Counted from the stretch's first letter, positions 1 to 9,464 are shown. The stretch is DNA of 32,000 nucleotides from Candidatus Heimdallarchaeota archaeon B3_Heim (GCA_003144275.1 NJBF01000002.1:30001-62000), one strand, 5' to 3'. Program-made: numbers and translations. Notes: a model not told the origin generated them from the letters alone.

Positions 1-439
1 AATTCATCTGTTTGAAGATTTGCCAAGTTACATTTTGAATATAATCGACGGTAGGTGCCCATTTTCCAAACGTTCCCCCACCCTGAAAGCTGATAGTGAC
101 TCTATGATCAGCGGATGCAAGCATCCCTACCTGAAAAACTTGTAGGATAAGTCCAATACTGCCTGCAGTGGGAATGTTGACAGAAAGATTCGATTTCCAT
201 TCCGACCCAGGATGAAAAGTAATTGATTCACTTCCAATTTTTCCACCCACCAATTCACCACCACATAAGTCCGTTAAAGCGCGTAATCCTAAAAGATGCT
301 GGGGTCGAAGTCCTGACACGGGTCTCTTCTTGCGAATATTTTCAATGGTAACTGCTTCTTGATTAACTAAAGCAAGAGCTGTAGCAATACGTAATACTGA
401 ACCTCCACCCTCACCTTGGCTACCATCAATCAAACGCAT
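1..439 (-). CDS. rtcA: RNA 3'-terminal phosphate cyclase (5' part, runs off the window edge)
   Basis: Hand translation MRLIDGSQGEGGGSVLRIATALAL...IRKKRPVSGLRPQHL matches the RtcA N-terminus (GEGGGQ-like and RxxPGLxxQH-like motifs). GGAG lies upstream of the ATG. Not in the ORF track. Confidence 0.93.
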   Translation of the reverse strand, partial: MRLIDGSQGEGGGSVLRIATALALVNQEAVTIENIRKKRPVSGLRPQHLLGLRALTDLCGGELVGGKIGSESITFHPGSEWKSNLSVNIPTAGSIGLILQVFQVGMLASADHRVTISFQGGGTFGKWAPTVDYIQNVTWQIFKQMN

Positions 440-520
440 TACAAATTCTCCAATTTAAGAGTCAACCAAGTTAAAAAGATACGAAGTATATCAAAGAAAG
501 AGGAGAAAACGAAAATAACT

Positions 521-682
521 CTACCCTGCTCGTTCTTTCCGCTTAGGACGAAGTCTTGTTGATCGACAACGGCGACATTTAGTTGCATTAGCAGGATTTC
601 TAGCGTAGCACTTACGACAGATCATCATATCAAGGAGAGCACTACGTACAATGTCTCTTTTCTCTGGATCGGTGATAGGCAA
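521..682 (-). CDS. rpl40e: 50S ribosomal protein L40e (53 aa, TTG start)
   Basis: Hand translation MPITDPEKRDIVRSALLDMMICRKCYARNPANATKCRRCRSTRLRPKRKERAG; C4 zinc-finger pattern CRKCYARNP..CRRC of L40e. Not in the ORF track. Confidence 0.96.
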   Translation of the reverse strand: MPITDPEKRDIVRSALLDMMICRKCYARNPANATKCRRCRSTRLRPKRKERAG

Positions 683-1255
683 TGAATACAGGACTCCATT
701 TCTTAAATATGGGCATCAAAAATCAAAAATTTAAACTGTCAATGTTTAAATAATGAATTATGACCGTTTTAAGGGATTTAATTGAGTGTTAAAATCTTAT
801 TTGTAGATTTCATTTGAAAAAAGTTGGAGAAAAATATCTCAAACAAGGAAAAATCTAATGTCGTAAAACATTCAATACCCCTAATTCTATAGGAGGAAGT
901 ACTCGGATGGAAGAGAAACAGAAATTCCATCAGAAATGGTTGTCTCCTAACATGGTTAAAAAAAACACCTCCAAACTACCACTTTTAACCGACTAAAATC
1001 ATAATTTTCCCATTTCTATTTGGAAAAGACACTCTGTTTCTATTTAAGAGAGGGAAGGAAGAGATTGAAGTGAAAGGTGAATAAAGTCGGCAAACAAACT
1101 TCCTATCAAACACACCCACCCGAGAGTTTCCAGTCGAGAATTCGGAAAATTCGACAAAATTCAGAATCTTTCGGAATACGGGTGTGAGAACCGCCGTATT
1201 TCCTTTCTATCTATTTCCAGAAAAGCTTAATATAATATTATATTTATGATTAGTC

Positions 1256-1576
1256 TTGAAATACAATTTCCTAATTGGTGATACCCGTATGCAATATTAC
1301 ATGAGTGTGAGCGAAATACAAGATCGAGTTAAAACCCTTCTTAATCATTTTACTGGCAGTTATAATTCCAAATCTCCTTTTTTTAATCCTGAATTAGTTG
1401 CTTCTTTAAAGAAAGCCATGGATCCTACTTTATTAAACAATGAACAAGTCGCTGATGAAATTCTCACTGTGTTCTTAAACTCGATTATCCTCGCTGGTCA
1501 GTTGGGTATTGACATTGAAACAAAGATCAATGAATATTTGGTTCAACTTGAACGTGAAGCCCTAGTTGCCATGTAA
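1256..1576 (+). CDS. Small all-helical protein, degenerate MazG-like (NTP pyrophosphatase fold); likely start ATG 1289
   Basis: C-terminal VADEILTVFLNSIILAGQLGIDIETKINEYL resembles the MazG-like ELAD..LA..LGIDLE segment; the first EExxE acidic motif is not visible. Confidence 0.5.
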   Translation: MKYNFLIGDTRMQYYMSVSEIQDRVKTLLNHFTGSYNSKSPFFNPELVASLKKAMDPTLLNNEQVADEILTVFLNSIILAGQLGIDIETKINEYLVQLEREALVAM

Positions 1577-1686
1577 GTCTATTTTATTCTTTTTTAGATA
1601 AAGATCCAGGCATTTATGCCTATTTCTTCTTCTTCCTGTTAATAAGGGTTTTATATAGGGCAGAAATTATGTTATGAATTTCTAGA

Positions 1687-3189
1687 TCACCCAAAAAGGT
1701 TGAGAATGGCCTCGATTGATGTTCCCCCAAAGATCATCACGATTAGAATTCCCGAGATTAGTAACCCAATTCCTCCAAAAATTGGTAAAGGAAGACCTGG
1801 TAGAGCTCGTTCTTCTTTTAGATATTGAAAAGTATAGTAAGCTCCTCCAAGAAGACCTATAACTGCCATCAACAACGGTATCGGGTTATTTAATTCTGCA
1901 CTGATGATTACAGCTGCACTAACAAACATACTGAAAAAAGCGAAATCACCGAGCCCGATACTAATCAAGGGTGTGGAATATACAGGTAATGCTGGCATAA
2001 GAGGAACTAGTTCCACTTCGCTCATGTCATACTCTTGCTCTTCAGCCTGATATTCGTTTTCTTTAGCTGATTCTCGACTTTCATCTATTATTCCCTTGAG
2101 AGGCCCACGAAAAACGGCATAAATGTCATATAAGGATAAACCTATTAAAATTAAAAAGACTGTAAGGAGTCCAAAATGAATAGCAAGCATAGAACCAATC
2201 ATTGGTCCAAAAAACACCATCATTACATTACGAACCCAAATTCTTTTGAAAGATTTGACAGCGAATGATATCGTCCCAATTAAACCTAGAAGAGCAGCTA
2301 TGAAATATAGTAGCGCTTCAATTACAATTAATTCCCCCGGAATTACTTCTGTCTCAAACAGAAAAATTAGAAAATTTTGGATGAATTCGGGTATACTTTC
2401 CCATATAGTGTTGAATACTCCAACCGAATAAGTTAATAATATACTCCCATAATACAATCCGAATGTGAACCAGCTAATTCCCATAATAATTGCATAGAAG
2501 TAAGATAATAATATCATTAGACCTTTCTTAATGATAAACAGCACGATAAATCCACTAATGAATACAATTGCTACATAAAATAACATAGTCATTATTGCGC
2601 CATAAGCAATTCCACCTGTATCCCCAGGATCTTCAGGTATTGGCGCAATATCTGGAATTTCTGCAATAGATAAATCAATAGTATCAACATTAATATTAGT
2701 CGAAACATCAGTGTTTGTGATATTAAATTTGCTAATAAATTTACCAGTTGTGAGACCAGTGACATTCTTTTGACTCCATAATCCTGTGTCACCCAAAGAA
2801 AATTCTATAACACTTGTTTTTTCATCCTTATAGGAAACAATAATGTCTAGGCTAGCATTATTGGAATCCAAAATCCAAAAAGAAAAAGATGAAATTTCAT
2901 CTACTGGAATATTAGGGAGAGTTTGAGCCACATATCCTCCTGGAGTTATTTCAGCTGATTTAGAACCAGAATAAGCTGGTAAACCAAAAGTTGTCCCAGA
3001 TACAATCCATTTAGCTGAATCTTCTTCAAAATCATAATCATTAATTACATTTTCTTGTATCCCCGCATAAAAATCAAGTGTAAGTACAGACAAAATGATT
3101 GTAATCAATACAACAAAAACTATTGGTAAAAAAAACGCCTTTAACTTAGCTTTGTGCATCTTATGGTTTTCTATTGTGCTTTCACTCAT
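1687..3189 (-). CDS. Presenilin-family GxGD intramembrane aspartyl protease with an extracellular beta-sandwich insertion
   Basis: About 9 hydrophobic segments; LSLYDIYAVFRGPL (YD aspartate), IGLGDFAFFS (GxGD aspartate), ALPGLP (PAL-like motif); a soluble ~130 aa domain follows TM1. Confidence 0.88.
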   Translation of the reverse strand: MSESTIENHKMHKAKLKAFFLPIVFVVLITIILSVLTLDFYAGIQENVINDYDFEEDSAKWIVSGTTFGLPAYSGSKSAEITPGGYVAQTLPNIPVDEISSFSFWILDSNNASLDIIVSYKDEKTSVIEFSLGDTGLWSQKNVTGLTTGKFISKFNITNTDVSTNINVDTIDLSIAEIPDIAPIPEDPGDTGGIAYGAIMTMLFYVAIVFISGFIVLFIIKKGLMILLSYFYAIIMGISWFTFGLYYGSILLTYSVGVFNTIWESIPEFIQNFLIFLFETEVIPGELIVIEALLYFIAALLGLIGTISFAVKSFKRIWVRNVMMVFFGPMIGSMLAIHFGLLTVFLILIGLSLYDIYAVFRGPLKGIIDESRESAKENEYQAEEQEYDMSEVELVPLMPALPVYSTPLISIGLGDFAFFSMFVSAAVIISAELNNPIPLLMAVIGLLGGAYYTFQYLKEERALPGLPLPIFGGIGLLISGILIVMIFGGTSIEAILNLFG

Positions 3190-3256
3190 TTTCCAGTCAT
3201 TTTGACATAATATGGATTAAGAAAATAAAAATACTGGAACGAGAATGTAAAGCAAT

Positions 3257-4258
3257 ATGCGGATTTTGAAGGATATTAAGGAATCAGATATTATTCATCT
3301 TCTACAATCTTATCTATCCTCATCCCCTTATATGGGGAGTAATGAAGATGCATATCTGATTAAAGATCATCCTCCATACATGCTAATTAATATTGACAGT
3401 ATGCAGCGGGACGGGGACTTCTTACCTAACCAGACTTGGGCTCAAATCGGAGGAAAATTGGTGACTATGACTTTTTCTGATTTGGTAGCAAAAGGAGCGT
3501 ATCCTGAAGCATTTCTATCCTCTCTCGTCCTTGAAACTGAAATGCTTGAAAAAGATCTTAAAGAGCTAGCTAGCGGTATATGCCAAGCTACTCACAAATA
3601 TAATTCGTCATATCTGGGTGGCGATTTAGGTTCGGCTTTTGAAGCAGTATTGACTGGAGTGGGAATTGGGTCTATTAAACAGGGAGAAATATTGACAAGA
3701 AGAAACGCTCAGGAAGGTGATCTAGTGTGTGTTTCGGGATATTTCGGACTTACTTCAATTGCTTTTGATGAGTTACTCAACAATAAAAAGACAAAAATCC
3801 CAACTATCTCTTCTCACATCCTAAATACCGCCATTAAAAAGGTTTATGAACCCGAATTACGATTGATGGAAGGAACACTGTTAAGTTCAAATAAAATTGC
3901 TTCTTCCTCTATTGACAGTTCTGATGGTTTAGCTTCTGCTCTTAATTGGTTGTCAAAAGAATCTAACATTCGTATAATCATTGATTATCTTCCTACTGAG
4001 CCTGATCTTCTACAATATGAACCTTCTCAAGATGTAATTCAGGAAATAACTTTTTATGGAGGGGAAGAATACGAAATAGTTTTTACCATTCCCTCCACTA
4101 AGTTAGATGAGACAGTGGATTTATTTGAGCGCAATAATATCCAGTGTATAGTTATTGGGAAATGCTATGAAGGAGAGGGTGTATTTTATAGAAAAGCTGA
4201 TAAAGACGTGAGAATTCCTCTATATGGATGGGATTCAATCCAACAACAGCACAAGTAG
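3257..4258 (+). CDS. thiL: Thiamine-monophosphate kinase
   Basis: EDAYL, NIDSM, SDLVAKGA, GGD, DLVCVSG, IDSSDGL and GGEEYEIVFT motifs of ThiL (PurM-like fold). Confidence 0.92.
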   Translation: MRILKDIKESDIIHLLQSYLSSSPYMGSNEDAYLIKDHPPYMLINIDSMQRDGDFLPNQTWAQIGGKLVTMTFSDLVAKGAYPEAFLSSLVLETEMLEKDLKELASGICQATHKYNSSYLGGDLGSAFEAVLTGVGIGSIKQGEILTRRNAQEGDLVCVSGYFGLTSIAFDELLNNKKTKIPTISSHILNTAIKKVYEPELRLMEGTLLSSNKIASSSIDSSDGLASALNWLSKESNIRIIIDYLPTEPDLLQYEPSQDVIQEITFYGGEEYEIVFTIPSTKLDETVDLFERNNIQCIVIGKCYEGEGVFYRKADKDVRIPLYGWDSIQQQHK

Positions 4259-4290
4259 CCAACTCATAACGCGAGGGAATAAAAAATATA

Positions 4291-4363
4291 TGCGCCGACC
4301 GGGATTTGAACCCAGGTCACCTGTGTGGCAGACAGGAGTCTTACCAGGCTGGACTATCGGCGC
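4291..4363 (-). tRNA. tRNA-Gly(GCC), intronless, CCA not encoded
   Basis: Cloverleaf: GCGCCGA/TCGGCGC acceptor, CCTGT-CTGCCAC-ACAGG anticodon arm, GGTTCAAATCC T-arm. Confidence 0.96.
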
Positions 4364-4527
4364 TGTTAATATAGTTTTATAGGTTATTGCTTTTTTCTGC
4401 GGTTCCAATTCAGTTACTGCGTTAATAGCTCATTAATGGGTAGATATTTGTATTTTACCTCTATTCGAAAATTGATCTTTTATCACTGATTACCTTTCAT
4501 TTTTAATCTTTACAACGTCAGGACTAT

Positions 4528-5277
4528 TTATTTAAGTTGTAGTTCTATCCATTTCAAAACACCCATTAAAGTTGTGACTTCTCGCCCTGTAATATATCCT
4601 CGTGAAAGTATATTTGAAAATGCCTGATTTGCTACCTTTAATTTTTCTGGATGATAGTTAACGTTCTTTATTAATTGATTAAAGTATAATTTCAGCTGTT
4701 CTCGCTCATTAAATTTAGCAGCTCTATGCTTAGGTCTCTCCATTGTCTCCCTAATCTCAGTTAATTTCAAAACCTTTTTTATTTCATAGAGGATAATTGC
4801 AAGTGCATGAGATAAGTTCATCACTGGATATGCAGAATGTGATGGAATTGTTAAGACCACATCACATAAGTTGATTTCATCGTTTGTTAATCCATGTTGT
4901 TCTCTTCCAAAAACAAGACCTACACTGTTAAAAGGTAATGCATCTGTAAAAAGCTCTTCTGGAGTGATTGCTATGCGATTTAGATTGTAATCATTCCCTA
5001 CTCGTGCTGTGGTCCCAATAAGGAGATTAAAATCATTTCTCAACTCTGTTAACCCTGGGATAATAATTTCTGCTTGGTCTATTATCTGGATTGCTTTGCG
5101 AGCTACAATCTCTATTTCTGGATCTGCTAAATTAACCTTGGGATTAACCAAAATAAGATTTTTAAATCCAAAATTCATCATCACACGAGCAATACTACCA
5201 ATATTCTGAACTTTAGACGGTTCTACAAGAATGATGGATATTGTATGCTCTTCTGTTTCTGTAGATCGATTATTCAA
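4528..5277 (-). CDS. trmJ: SPOUT RNA methyltransferase, TrmJ/TrmH family (tRNA position 32 2'-O-methylase)
   Basis: LVEP..NIGSIARVMMNFG, GLVFGREQHGLTNDE and YPVMNLSHA motifs; TTG start with GGAG upstream. Confidence 0.88.
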   Translation of the reverse strand: MNNRSTETEEHTISIILVEPSKVQNIGSIARVMMNFGFKNLILVNPKVNLADPEIEIVARKAIQIIDQAEIIIPGLTELRNDFNLLIGTTARVGNDYNLNRIAITPEELFTDALPFNSVGLVFGREQHGLTNDEINLCDVVLTIPSHSAYPVMNLSHALAIILYEIKKVLKLTEIRETMERPKHRAAKFNEREQLKLYFNQLIKNVNYHPEKLKVANQAFSNILSRGYITGREVTTLMGVLKWIELQLK

Positions 5278-5438
5278 ATATGAATTCTCCGCTATGACAC
5301 CAGTATAAGGATTTCTTCTATTTTTATTTAATATCGAATATTCTTTATTTTATAGATAATTCTTTTTACTGTCTACATTTTGCCTGTTGTCGGAATACCT
5401 TACCTTCCTCCTATGCGGGGGTAGCCAAGTCAGGTCAA

Positions 5439-5493
5439 AGGCAGCTATACGCGGGCTAGACGACATTTTAGTTTGTCGCATGGCGCCGACCAA
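5439..5493 (+). other. tRNA intron, 55 nt, position 21/22 of tRNA-Leu
   Basis: BHB: central helix GGTC/GACC, AAA bulges on both strands, inner helix GGC/GCC. Confidence 0.85.
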
Positions 5494-5509
5494 AGGCGCT
5501 GGACTTAAG

Positions 5510-5527
5510 ATCTACATAGAATGAGAA
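5510..5527 (+). other. tRNA intron, 18 nt, position 37/38 of tRNA-Leu
   Basis: Central helix CTTA/TGAG, 3' bulge AAA, inner TCT/AGA. Confidence 0.88.
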
Positions 5528-5602
5528 ATCCAGTCGTATAGACGTTCGAGGGTTCAAACCCCTCCCCCCGCATGTTCTTTCTGCTATATTATTGCCTTTC
5601 AG

Positions 5603-6928
5603 CTACTCATCGATTTTTCCAATTAGGTAATTTCTTGTTGCACCAGTTATTGTCACTGTTTGAAAAGTCCCTAGTTCCTTCTTAGAATCATTAATTACGA
5701 CAGGTAGATAGGATGAGTTTCGTGCCTTTAACTGCTTTTTCTTCGTTCCTTTACTGTCAATAATAACAGAACCTGTCCAACCTATCCAAGACTCTAATTC
5801 TTGTTTTGAAATCTCTTGACTAAGCTGCATTAGCCTCTTAGATCGTTGGGATTTAATTTTCGTGGGAACTTTAGATCTCGATTTCGCTGCTGTGGTTCCA
5901 GGACGATCTGTATATTTGGAAATATTGATAATTGTTGGTCGAACTTGAGTTATTAGTAACTCTGATAATTCAAAATCTTCTTCAGTCTCTCCTGGGAACC
6001 CTACAATGATATCTGTTGACAAAACAAGTCTAGGGATCTTGGATTTCAATTCATGAATGAGCTCGATGTATTCCTCTCTTTTTCCTTTCCGTCTCATCTT
6101 GGTAAGGATGAAATTTGAGCCAGATTGAATAGGTAAATGTAAAAATGAAAACACTTTAGAATTATTTATTTGCTTAATCAATGGTTCTCTGAATGTTTTT
6201 ATTGTATATGGTGTCATCATTCCGATACGAATATAAAATTGACCTTGAATTTCAACAAGTTCACTAATTAAATCTGGTAAAGTGACTTTGGGTTCCCTTT
6301 CCCAACCGTATGTTCCTGTATCTTGGGCTGTAAGCCAAATTTCCTTACTCCCAGCGTCAAGCGAATTATTAACTTCTTTTATTATGGACGAAGGAGATCT
6401 AGATCGCAAATGACCTTTTGCATGTTTAACAATACAATAACTGCAATTACCAAGACATCCTCTTGATATTTCCACAGTTGTAATAAGAGGATTATATAAA
6501 ACCCGCTTGTGAGAATACAATTTTTCCCATACCTGTGTATCTAGTCGAAGATTTGCATTCACAGGTTGATTCTCAATCAGGGAAAGAATTTCATTCGCAT
6601 TCTCTGGATAAAGAATTCTGGCATTAGGTACATTCTGTTCAATCCATTCTTGCATTACTACCGGTAAACATCCTGTAACTATTACATTGCGAGTATCGGG
6701 AAGAGAAAGTAAAAGATCTTTCATCCTGTGTTCCGTGTTCTGCTTTACAATGCATGTATTAATAATGATGAGGTCGGTATTAACATCTGTAGTAGAAATA
6801 GAGTAACCATATTGCTTTAATACCCCTGAAATTCCCTCAGCAATAGCCCGATTAGCGCTACATCCAAAATTCATCACTGTAGCTGTTTTGGAGATTTCTT
6901 CTTCCATATTTGTTTCCATATTATACAA
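5603..6928 (-). CDS. Radical SAM tRNA methylthiotransferase (MiaB-like, archaeal/eukaryotic MtaB-CDKAL1 type)
   Basis: UPF0004 N-domain (FGCSAN, INTCIVK, VTGCL), CLGNCSYC cluster motif, HLPIQSGS, TDIIVGFPGETEEDF, C-terminal TRAM-like region. Confidence 0.9.
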   Translation of the reverse strand: MYNMETNMEEEISKTATVMNFGCSANRAIAEGISGVLKQYGYSISTTDVNTDLIIINTCIVKQNTEHRMKDLLLSLPDTRNVIVTGCLPVVMQEWIEQNVPNARILYPENANEILSLIENQPVNANLRLDTQVWEKLYSHKRVLYNPLITTVEISRGCLGNCSYCIVKHAKGHLRSRSPSSIIKEVNNSLDAGSKEIWLTAQDTGTYGWEREPKVTLPDLISELVEIQGQFYIRIGMMTPYTIKTFREPLIKQINNSKVFSFLHLPIQSGSNFILTKMRRKGKREEYIELIHELKSKIPRLVLSTDIIVGFPGETEEDFELSELLITQVRPTIINISKYTDRPGTTAAKSRSKVPTKIKSQRSKRLMQLSQEISKQELESWIGWTGSVIIDSKGTKKKQLKARNSSYLPVVINDSKKELGTFQTVTITGATRNYLIGKIDE

Positions 6929-6995
6929 CTTTTAATGAATATAAATCAAATTTTCTGAGAAATCAAACATTCACCCTAATAGCAAAAATAGAGCT

Positions 6996-7934
6996 TCATG
7001 ATGAGAGTTTGGAATTAATCCATTCTGCGATTAATTGTACAACACTAACAGTTGTTAGGCCAGGAATATCTGATTTTATGCTATCTGTTGTAACAAAAAG
7101 TCGGATATCTTCTTTGGCTAGTTTTTTAAATTTTTCCGTTGTATGTACACCATGTATATATCCTAAATAAACTTCTTTCACCCCTTGTTGCTTGAATATC
7201 CTCGCTGCTCCTATCATAGTTCCTCCAGAACTCACAAGATCATCAACAATTAAAATATGCCTATTTTGCAACGAGATATCTATTCCTACAAGCTCTTGTG
7301 TAATTTCTCCAGTATCTGGATCCCTTTTTTTTCGGATTGCACCATAAAATTGTGAATTAATTGCATCTGCCGCTTCTTTGGCCAACATAAGAGCCCCTTC
7401 ATCTGGGGAAAAGCATAAAATATCTTCTGATGAATTACTAAGCTTTTTTACTTTCTGAGCAACCAACGGAATTGCAGATAGGCTGATAGATTCTGATTCA
7501 GAAAAGAAATCACTAAGGGGATTCTTACCATATGAATGAGAATTGATAGTTAAGTATTGGTTAATACCTGCAGATTCTAGCATAGAAGCGAGATACATAC
7601 TTGAAACGGGTTCGCCCAAGCGAGATTCGCGATCCTGCCTAGAATAAATATGATAGGGCATAATGCAGGTAATTTTTGCCGCTCCAAGGCGTTTAACATT
7701 ATAAATGGTCAACAGAAAGGAAATTAAGTACTGATTTTTCGATTGATCTAGTGCTAATTGCATTGCGATGATGACATGCGCATCTTGCATTATATTCCCA
7801 TCATCCAATAGCAATCGAGGGCAAACTTCGCCATCAGGGAAGGTTCTTTCATCAATTTCAATGAAAATCGCTCCATCTATCTCAGTTGATAGCTTTCCTG
7901 CAAATTCATGTTTACCAACAACTACAACCTTCAT
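6996..7934 (-). CDS. prs: Ribose-phosphate pyrophosphokinase
   Basis: FPDGE, PYHIYSRQDR, SPDEGA and LIVDDLVSSGGTM (PRPP-binding loop). Confidence 0.94.
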   Translation of the reverse strand: MKVVVVGKHEFAGKLSTEIDGAIFIEIDERTFPDGEVCPRLLLDDGNIMQDAHVIIAMQLALDQSKNQYLISFLLTIYNVKRLGAAKITCIMPYHIYSRQDRESRLGEPVSSMYLASMLESAGINQYLTINSHSYGKNPLSDFFSESESISLSAIPLVAQKVKKLSNSSEDILCFSPDEGALMLAKEAADAINSQFYGAIRKKRDPDTGEITQELVGIDISLQNRHILIVDDLVSSGGTMIGAARIFKQQGVKEVYLGYIHGVHTTEKFKKLAKEDIRLFVTTDSIKSDIPGLTTVSVVQLIAEWINSKLSS

Positions 7935-8129
7935 AGTATTTCAAACCTGCAACAATCTTACACTCTACAATCCGTTTTCCTTTAGAAAAAAAACTTCCCT
8001 TCTCGAGTTAACTCGAAGCATAGGAAATATAGTTCTCTAATTTTGTACGATACTAGTTAAAATACATCAATAAAATCAAGATCATATCAATTGTACTTGC
8101 CCAATAATCACTGAATAGAGAAGATTGAG

Positions 8130-9401
8130 ATGAAAGAAGACATAGAAAACCCTAAAAGATCCTCCTCGCGTGCTTGGTTTACTGGAAACGTGCTTCTTTT
8201 AGGTTTAGTATCTTTTTTTGCAGATCTTTCAGGAGAAATGATGACTCCCGTACTTCCTTTGTTTATTGCTGCGCTTGGAGGATCCAGTGTTGTCATTGGT
8301 TTCATTGGTGGATTAGGTGACGCAGTAGCAAACATTGTTAAGGTTTTTTCAGGTTATATAGCAGATAAAACTGGAAGAAGGAGGCAATTGATCGCTGTGG
8401 GGTATGGAATCCCTTTCTTCGCCAAACTTGGTATAGGACTTTCGAATGCATGGGAACAGGTGTTAGTACTAAAACCGACAGAAAGATTAGGAAAAGGAAT
8501 TCGGGGAGCACCACGTGATTCATTACTTGCTGATTCCATTTCGTTTGAAGAAAGAGGAAAAGCCTTCGGATTCCATCGTATGATGGATACTGCTGGGGCA
8601 ATTGTAGGATCATTATTAGCGTTAATTATCCTAATCATGTTTTATGGGATTCTAAATGATGAATTAGGAATTCTAAAACTGATTCTCATTATTTCGGCTT
8701 TTGTTTCTCTCGCAGCAGTTATTCCAATTTTCTTTCTCTCAGATCAGGAAGAGAAACAAATCACCGAGGAACGGAAGAAATCTAGTTTAGTTGATAATCT
8801 CAAAGGTTTACCAGGGAATTTTTACAAATTCCTAATCGTCTCAACTTTGTTTGGATTTGGTAATTTTACCATCTTATTATTCATCATTCATACTAAAACA
8901 ATTTTATTAGGTGCAGATCCTAATGCATCTGAGTTTGTCCAACTCGCATTCCCAATTGTTACTTTCATTTGGTTTAACATTATCTACACAATCCTCTCCA
9001 TACCGTTTGGATCTTGGTCAGATAAGTATGGTAGAAAAAATATTTTTGCGGTAGGTTTAGGTCTATTTATATTCACATGTTTAGGTTTTTCCCTGACGAC
9101 CGATCCAATTATTCTTTTCCTATTATTTGGTGTATATGGGGCTTTTAACGCAGCGACTGATGGAATTCAGAAGGCCTTTGCAGTAGATCTTCTCCCTGAG
9201 GATCTCAAAGGTACGGGGATTGGATTACTTCAGGCTTTAATGGGGTTTGCGAGTATTTTTGGAGGGCTTATCGCGGGTTATCTTTACGATTTTGAAAGCT
9301 CCTTTGCCTTTTTGTATGGTGGAATACTAGCAGGAATTACTTTACTAGTATTATTTGGAATGAATATTTCTATCACACGTCCAAACGATATTGATCAATG
9401 A
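8130..9401 (+). CDS. Major facilitator superfamily transporter
   Basis: About 12 TM segments; motif A in both halves (GYIADKTGRRR, GSWSDKYGRK); ERLGKGIRGAPRD. Confidence 0.92.
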   Translation: MKEDIENPKRSSSRAWFTGNVLLLGLVSFFADLSGEMMTPVLPLFIAALGGSSVVIGFIGGLGDAVANIVKVFSGYIADKTGRRRQLIAVGYGIPFFAKLGIGLSNAWEQVLVLKPTERLGKGIRGAPRDSLLADSISFEERGKAFGFHRMMDTAGAIVGSLLALIILIMFYGILNDELGILKLILIISAFVSLAAVIPIFFLSDQEEKQITEERKKSSLVDNLKGLPGNFYKFLIVSTLFGFGNFTILLFIIHTKTILLGADPNASEFVQLAFPIVTFIWFNIIYTILSIPFGSWSDKYGRKNIFAVGLGLFIFTCLGFSLTTDPIILFLLFGVYGAFNAATDGIQKAFAVDLLPEDLKGTGIGLLQALMGFASIFGGLIAGYLYDFESSFAFLYGGILAGITLLVLFGMNISITRPNDIDQ

Positions 9402-9431
9402 AAATAAAAAAAAGAGATGCTCCGACCGAGA

Positions 9432-9464
9432 GTTTCAAAGATAGAGTACAAAACTACTATCTCA
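9432..9464 (-). other. tRNA intron, ~33 nt, position 59/60 of tRNA-Glu
   Basis: Strict BHB: central TTCA/TGAA, bulges AAT and ACT, inner helix GAGATAG/CTATCTT, outer helix is the T-stem. Confidence 0.88.

Larger units (their letters stand above)
5415..5572 (+). tRNA. tRNA-Leu(TAA) with two introns (D-loop 21/22 and canonical 37/38)
   Basis: Removing 5439-5493 and 5510-5527 gives a class II cloverleaf: GCGGGGG/CCCCCGC acceptor, CTGGA-CTTAAGA-TCCAG anticodon arm, long variable arm. Confidence 0.92.

Noticed and set aside
1111-1203. 5S rRNA or SECIS reading of the minus strand (ACACCCGT..ATTCCGAA)
   Set aside because: The resemblance is limited to about 15 nt and the rest of the 5S helices are missing; no selenoprotein gene is adjacent.
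1229-1244. Perfect 16-bp palindrome AATATAATATTATATT
   Set aside because: A/T only and located where the TATA box of the 1256 gene is expected; no independent support as an operator.
5443-5487. Nested BHB or a copy of the tRNA 5' end inside the Leu D-loop intron (GCGGGCTAG vs GCGGGGGTAG)
   Set aside because: The flanking helices do not form and the similarity is too short; the region folds as one long hairpin.
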